Shown in pieces: positions 57,480-64,000 of a DNA stretch of 64,000 bases. Numbering within the stretch: position 1 is the first letter of the stretch; each line of letters starts with the position of its first letter. The notes beneath the pieces are model-generated. The model was not told the origin of the DNA. It was given only the letters and a program-made list of their open reading frames with translations, and made no database searches. The position numbers were made by a program, and so were the translations under genes. The DNA comes from Octopus sinensis (Eukaryota), in contig NC_043004.1 of the NCBI RefSeq assembly GCF_006345805.1, forward strand, positions 37,138,001 to 37,202,000. The letters run 5' to 3'.

Positions 57480-57520
<41 letters not shown>
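57140..57520. repeat. ~110-bp period AT-rich minisatellite (~3 copies)
   Basis: Recurring ctataca..atattctaatgcatatgc..tataatgtg unit. Confidence 0.85.
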
Positions 57521-57527
<7 letters not shown>

Positions 57528-58417
57528 AAAGATGTTTACATACAATATATATATGTTATATACATCTACATGTATATTGTATGTATGAATATATAAGAAC
57601 CACAGAATTTGAATCAAAACTGTTTTGATCCATACATACCACACACACACACACACCCCCACAACACAACACCCAACACTACCATCCATGAGACATCCTA
57701 ACATAATCAATGCTACTACTATCATCATCATTATCATCATCATCCACTGCCGCCACCACCACCACCTCTACAAAAACACCAACACTATAATTGCTGCCAT
57801 CATACACATCCCCTGTCACCACTACCACCACTGCCTGATAACCACATCTACCACAGCTGTTTGCTTACTGCTTACCCACTCAAAAATAGCTATCTACGTC
57901 ACATTAACACTATGCAGCTAATAATTTCAAATGAAAACAGACAATATGATTGGCTAAGGATAGAATAAGTACTATGGCTTATAAAAAGAATAAGTCCCGG
58001 GTCGAGTTGCTCGATTAAAGGCGATGCCTCCAGCATGGCCGCGGTCAAGAGTAACATTAAAAGTAAAATATGTTTTATAGGACACATTAGGGTTAGGGTT
58101 AGTGTCCGAAGGTTGAAAGTGTTTAGTTACAAAAAATATATTTCTCGATCTGCCGTTGAAAGGGTAAAGATCCCTTATATTATTTATTTAAACCCTTACA
58201 AACTAGAAGGGTTATGGGTCAAGAGGAAAATACATCAATCAAAGGTTGGGAAGGCCATCGGTTGAATAAAACAACATTGTTCCTCAACAGAACAATAAGG
58301 CTCTATAGTTAGGGGGAAATTTACCCATTCAGTTTCAAAACTCAGGTGGAGACAAAAGAGGTCTCTACACATACATACGTATACACACACACACATACAT
58401 ATATCCAGACACTTCAG

Positions 58418-58462
<45 letters not shown>

Positions 58463-58478
58463 ATATATATTATATATA

Positions 58479-59344
58479 CTAGCAGAATTGCCCGGCGTTG
58501 CTCGGGGCTGAATTGCTTGAAAGTACTGTTAATGATTGCACTGAATTATGATGATTATCCAGGCAAATATTGATATAAGTTTACGGTGGGAGATAAGGAC
58601 TTAACGATCAAACGTGTGCCATTGCATTGTTTTGGGGGAACCAAATTTCTGATGAGCATTGTAGGGGCACCAACTTTAAGTTTGAGAAAGTGTGGTGGTA
58701 GTCCGGAGTGCTCAAAGGAATTGAGTACCTCTATTGGATAGTTGATGACGTCCTCTGGGTCAGGAGTTGTATCGATAGACTGATATACATAGACTTCCCC
58801 AGGAATGAGTTTTAGCATTTCATCATTAATATGGTGAACAGTTTTATTCCTCGGGGCCAGTATAGCCTTTTTGCCAATCCAATCCATATTCTGATAATTA
58901 GCTTGTAGATCTGGGAACACTGCATCTCTGAGATCAGGAGGCGTCTTAACAATGGTACAAATGGAATCGATGGCAATATTACCATTTTCATACCCTGGTA
59001 TTTTGCCTTCGCCAAGTGCACTTTGCCTTCGCCAAGTGCAAGGAGGGTGTGAGGAAATGCTGCTGATGTGATATTACGTCGCATATGAGCACGCATATTG
59101 GTGTGAAGTTTGAGTGTTACTTCCCTTTATTTAAAAAATATGCATTAAAATGGAAAAAAATGATGGTAAATTATTTTTAAAATCGTAGACTCATCATAGA
59201 CGCGCGCTAATACCCAGAAGGGCTCGATATGAATCACGACTATAAGATACCCGGTTTTGGTTAAACTGCATCGCAAAATGTGGGAGTAGTTAGGAATCTA
59301 AATCGGAGTAGACAGACACACAACCTTTCTTTTATATATAAAGA
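58479..59344 (-). mobile_element. Complete non-autonomous Helitron (866 bp) retaining a helicase fragment
   Basis: A|TC 5' end at 59344; CCCGAGCAACGCCGGG hairpin (58491-58506) then CTAG|T 3' end at 58479. Confidence 0.92.
58560..59100 (-). pseudogene. Helitron RepHel Pif1-family helicase C-terminal fragment
   Basis: NMRAH, AILAPRN, YPIEVLNSFEHSGLPPHFLKLKVGAPTMLIRNL..CNGTRL; frame broken by a 20-bp tandem duplication at 59001-59040. Confidence 0.92.
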
Positions 59345-59346
59345 TT

Positions 59347-59645
59347 TTCGTCCGTCCTAAAAAACTTTGTGCGGAGTGAATGGTTACCTCTATGGAAATA
59401 TATACACACACATTATACATACATGTGTGTATAGATGAATATATAAATACATTTAAATATCTATATACACTTTTGGGCGATCTTTCTGCTACTTGGATAT
59501 ACTTTAGATCTTATATTCGTCCAATTCGTCCTAAATAACTTTGTATGGTTACCTCTATGGAAATATATACACACACATTATACATACATGTGTGTGTCTA
59601 TATACACTTTTGGGCGACTGCTACTTAGAGATAACTTTAGATGTT
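59347..59645 (+). repeat. ~170-bp imperfect tandem duplication
   Basis: atggttacctctatggaaatatatacacacacattatacatacatgtgtg and ctatatacacttttgggcga each occur twice. Confidence 0.9.
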
Positions 59646-60129
59646 AGGTGATCTAGCAAAAAGGATGACCAGTTTGACTTGCTCATCCCTGTCACACACT
59701 CACACACACGCACACACACACACACACACACACACGCACCCTCACACACACACAGACGCACACACACACACACGTTAGCTTACAATTTTATTTATATATT
59801 TGCGTGTCTATGTGTGTAAAGAGGAAGTGGGAGTAATATGCAGAGTGAAATGTTAAAATATTGAGTTTTCTCGAATTTTGTCTTAATTGGGGGTAAAATT
59901 GAAAGAAATTTTGTATGGCATGACCCAATGAAAGTACTTTGAAAAATCATGGGTAAACTCTAATTGAAGAAATTGTGTGAGGAGTAAATCGTTATGTATT
60001 TATTTGTTTCTGTTTGCTGTGTTTTTTTTTAGTAGTGGTTTAAGGTACACTTCTCTCGTTTTATAGAAATAGTTTCACTTTAATCGTTGCACACTTGCAA
60101 AGAGAAAGGAGTAGACATTAGAGTGATAG

Positions 60130-61180
60130 CGTGAGTGAATCAGATCGCTCCGTTTTTGTGTGTGTGTGTGTGTGCGTGTGCTCTAGCCCACAATAAGAAA
60201 AGCACTTGACTTACACACCACAATGTGAGTTTTCTCTAAATTTTGCTTAATTGGGGTTGAAATTTTAAAAACTGGACCTACATTAAACTACAATTCTTCA
60301 AGGCATTGCCCCAGCATGGCCACAGACCAATGGCTGGAAAAAGCAGAAGAATAAAAGAATACATTCTCTGCTTTGGTCTTATGTTCAAGGCATGAGAAAG
60401 CTTGAGTTTACATGAGAAGGCCTAACAGACCTGGTAGAAACAGCAGCCAAATCTCCCTCAAATCACACCTTACTGTCTTATGTATGTATATATATATGAG
60501 CCAATGAGGGGGACCTCTACATGGTAGCTAGACCTGGTAGAAATAGCAGCCAAATTTCCCCCAAATCACACTTACTGTCTTATCTATGTATATATGTATG
60601 TATGAGCCTATGAGGGAGACCCCTACATGGCAGCTAGACATGGTAGAAATAGCAGCCAAATCTCCCTCAAATCACACCTTACTGTCTTATGTATGTATAT
60701 ATATATACAAGCCACTACGGTTATTTAATGTAAAGTCTTCCTCAAATCACTCTCGCTATTTACTCTCTTCCAAGAACATTTTCACTCACTCTTATCTCTT
60801 AGCTTGCCATACATTTTACTCATGTATCTATCAGCGTGATAGACAGAAACAAATATTACATCGCCATCGCCATCGCCATCGCATTCTATTGTCTACCTGT
60901 CAACACACACACAGTGAATTACTTTCATTTTATTCGTTGCACACTGTGTGTGTGCGTGTGGTGTAAACCACATTAAGAAAAGCATTTGACATACACACCA
61001 GAATGTGAGTTTTCTGTAAATTTTGCTTAATTGGAGTTTAAATTTTAAAAACTGGACCTGGCATGACCCGATGCATTCTACTCTTAAAAATGCTAGGTAA
61101 ATTGTAATTGAAGAAATCCTATATTGTAGATTTCTATAACTGACAAAGGGAGGCAGATAAAATCTGCCTTTTATAATATG
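60130..61180 (+). repeat. Dispersed repeat copies (~60140-60290 and ~60940-61180; diverged third ~59840-59980)
   Basis: Shared aagaaaagca.ttgac.tacacacca.aatgtgagtttt...aaaaactggacct; ends with AGGCAGAT-AAA-ATCTGCCT hairpin at 61151-61169. Confidence 0.75.
60428..60710 (+). repeat. Three tandem ~103-106-bp units
   Basis: gac.tggtagaaa.agcagccaaat.tccc.caaatcacac at 60428, 60531 and 60637; related motif at ~44765. Confidence 0.9.
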
Positions 61181-61273
<93 letters not shown>

Positions 61274-61739
61274 GCTTGGATCGCTTTCAATGCCACTACG
61301 TCCCGTCCGATTCGCTCCAAAATTTACAGGGACATGTAGAAATAGGTGACAAAGCTCGTGGGCTACCTTAGAAATCCCTATCTTAAAAGGTGTGGTTGCT
61401 AGGGGCCATCTTCCTCACTCACGCTATTTCCTCCAGTACCTTCTCACTCCCCTTTATGTATAACTTTGATACATCCACTACCGTTATTTAAAGTATCTGT
61501 CACTCTCGCTATTTCCTCTCTTTTTCACTCACTCTGTTTCTTACCTTCCCATTACATCGGCGTTCTTTTACATATCTGTCTGTCACCAACAACACACGAG
61601 CATGAGAACAAATATTATGAATCAGATATTCTTGCGTTCATTTATATGTGTGTGTGTGTGTTCTATATATAAATATGTATATATAATGTATGTGTGTGTG
61701 TGTGTGTGTGTTCTATATATGAATATGTATATATAATGT

Positions 61740-63039
61740 ATGTGTGTGTGTGTTCTATATATAAATATGTATATATAATGTATGTGTGTGTGTGTGTGTT
61801 CTATATATAAATATGTATATATAATGTATATATACAAAGTGTATATATCTGTAGTTATGTATATTAAACTTTCTCATACTTTTTCATAGTTATATATATT
61901 TTTAAACAAATTATAAATATAATTTAATAATTTTTATTTTCAATTTAATTTAAATTTTTAAATTTTATATTTTCTATATTATATTTTTTTTTAATGTTTT
62001 TCTTTTTGGTTTTTCACTGTTTGATTTGCCTAAAAATTCCATTTTTCACTTTTATGATTATACCCAGAGTACTCTAATCGAATATGAACTGTCTTCCCGT
62101 TGGCGGACGTTTGTCTTTTTCATTTTTGAAACGAACACATTGCCTCTTTCGTTTTAAAACAATAGAACATTACTACCTTAATACATTGGTCCAACAAACA
62201 AAACATCACCCACTCTCATTCTTTTATGTATCTGAGAATGTGTGTCTGTCTGTCTGTGTGTTTCCCTAAAACTTGAGAACTACACAACCAATTTCATTCA
62301 AATTTTACACATGACTTACTTAGGGTATAAGGAGTGTGTTGAGCTGGGCTCTGGGTGCCATTGGGCTCACTGTCCACGGCTACGAGACCACAGTGAGCGC
62401 TATGGCGACCAGAGCTCGCTCTGGTCGCCACAGCTTCACGAGGGAGGGGAGAAAGGGGAGAAGCAACACAGGTGCAGGCGTGAGCATGGACGCCAACTCC
62501 GCCGCCATCGACACACGAAAAAATATGCGTTAAAATGGAAAAAAATTATGTTAAATTATTTTTAAAATCGTAGACTCATCGTAGATGCGCGCTAATACCC
62601 AGACGGGCTCGATATGAATGACAACTATAAGGTACCCGAATTTGGTTAAACTGCACCGCAAAATGTGGGAGTAGTTAGGAATCTAAATCGTAGGAGACAG
62701 ACACTCACACAACTACAGTTTTATATATATAGATATGTATATATAATGTACGTGTGTGTTCTATATATAAATATGTATATATAATGTATGTGTGTGTGTG
62801 TAAGTTCTATATATATATAATGTATATATACAAAGTGTATATATCTTTATTTATGTATGTTAAACTTTTTCATACTTTTTCATAGTTATATATATTTTTA
62901 AACAAATTATAAATATAATTTAATAATTTTTATTTTCAATTTAAATAATTTAAATTTTTCAATTTTATATTTTCTATATTTTCTATATTATATTTTTTTT
63001 AATGTTTTTGTGTTGGTTTTTCACTGTTTGATTTGCCTA
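61740..63039 (+). repeat. ~300-bp AT-rich direct repeat pair (~61740-62032, ~62735-63039)
   Basis: gtatatatacaaagtgtatatatct...ttttcactgtttgatttgccta in both copies. Confidence 0.9.
62500..62733 (-). mobile_element. Helitron 5' end of the same family as 58479-59344
   Basis: Highly similar to 59130-59344; A|TC terminus at 62733. Confidence 0.85.
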
Positions 63040-63122
63040 TTAGTGGTTTTATCTCTAATTTAATTTATACAGATCTATATCTCATTGTATATATAATGCG
63101 TGCACACACACACACATATATA

Positions 63123-63171
<49 letters not shown>

Positions 63172-64000
63172 GTGTGCATTACGTAGTCGGTCGATTCAGC
63201 TGAAATATGTATACCTATGTTAAAAGTGCTGGCAAGTTTGCATGACAACTATTTTTTTCCTCAAATGAAAGGCGTCACCTCGAGGACAAAATTCCTCATC
63301 TTATAAAATGTGCCCCAGTAGACCCGAATGAAATCGGGTTATGTTAACCAAAATGTGAAAAGTGGTCTAAATGGGGCTGGAATGGGATTAAAATTTAAAG
63401 GAGCGGGTGTTTAGGAATTTTCTGTTACATCAAGCTAAAAAATTTGCGCCAGCCTTTTAATCGTCAATGTGTTGCCGTCCATGATAAAGAGTCCATGATA
63501 AAGAGTCCATGGTGAGTCTACTGTCGTGAGAAAGAATCACTTCAAAACTTGGTGTTTACGAATTTTCTTTTACATCAAGTTGAAAATTTTACGCCAGTCG
63601 TTAAACTGTCACTACGTTGCTGTCCGTCGTTAAGAAGTGCCAGCCATGGTAACTCTACTATCCTCAGATTCTATCCCTTCAAACTTTGGTTTGCAATATT
63701 TTATTATTTTTCTTCAGCTCGCAAGTCCGTCTGTCCCTTTTAAATGTTAGCATTTTGCTGTCTGCCTTGAAGCAGACTTTTCCATTATCACTGCCTCATA
63801 TTTCTGATTGATATTTCTAAATATTTTATTTCTCAACTTACTCAAGATCTTCTGTTGTTTATAAATGGGAGAGAGATAGATAAAGATAGAGAGTAAGAGA
63901 AAGCGAGGAAGAGTCCGAGAGATAAGAAAATTAAGAGAGTGGGAAAGTGAGAGAGAAAGGAGAGAGAAAAAAATACGGAGAATCATCATCATTTAACACC

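Noticed and set aside
58087-58102. Interstitial telomere (TTAGGG x2.7)
   Set aside because: Too short; common inside repeats
60428-60710. CRISPR-like array or tandem retrozyme
   Set aside because: Units are near-identical throughout with no unique spacers, no cas genes and a eukaryotic context; CCTATGA-GGG/CCC is not followed by GAAA

Overview
This is AT-rich, microsatellite-dense eukaryotic non-coding DNA. The tRNA/CORE-type SINE families it carries are ones I recognise from Octopus, so the taxon is inferred from repeats. I found no recognisable host protein-coding gene, and nearly all ORFs in the supplied track are microsatellite artefacts. The real coding sequence is transposon-derived: a young 5'-truncated CR1-clade RT ORF (12471-13676, -), a tandemly duplicated RTE RT fragment, a Penelope-like RT remnant, two stacked R4/Dong-like fragments, a DD36E (Incomer-like) Tc1 transposase, an internally deleted mariner, a Tigger-like element and a cluster of Helitrons, one carrying a Pif1 helicase fragment. 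The most striking signal the ORF track does not explain is a set of hammerhead-ribozyme motifs and fold-back palindromes next to (AT)n tracts. The best case is a 126-bp palindrome (25527-25652) encoding two overlapping, oppositely oriented type-I hammerheads, whose single mismatch falls on catalytic G8 of one copy. All folds and translations were done by eye and none has been computed or tested.
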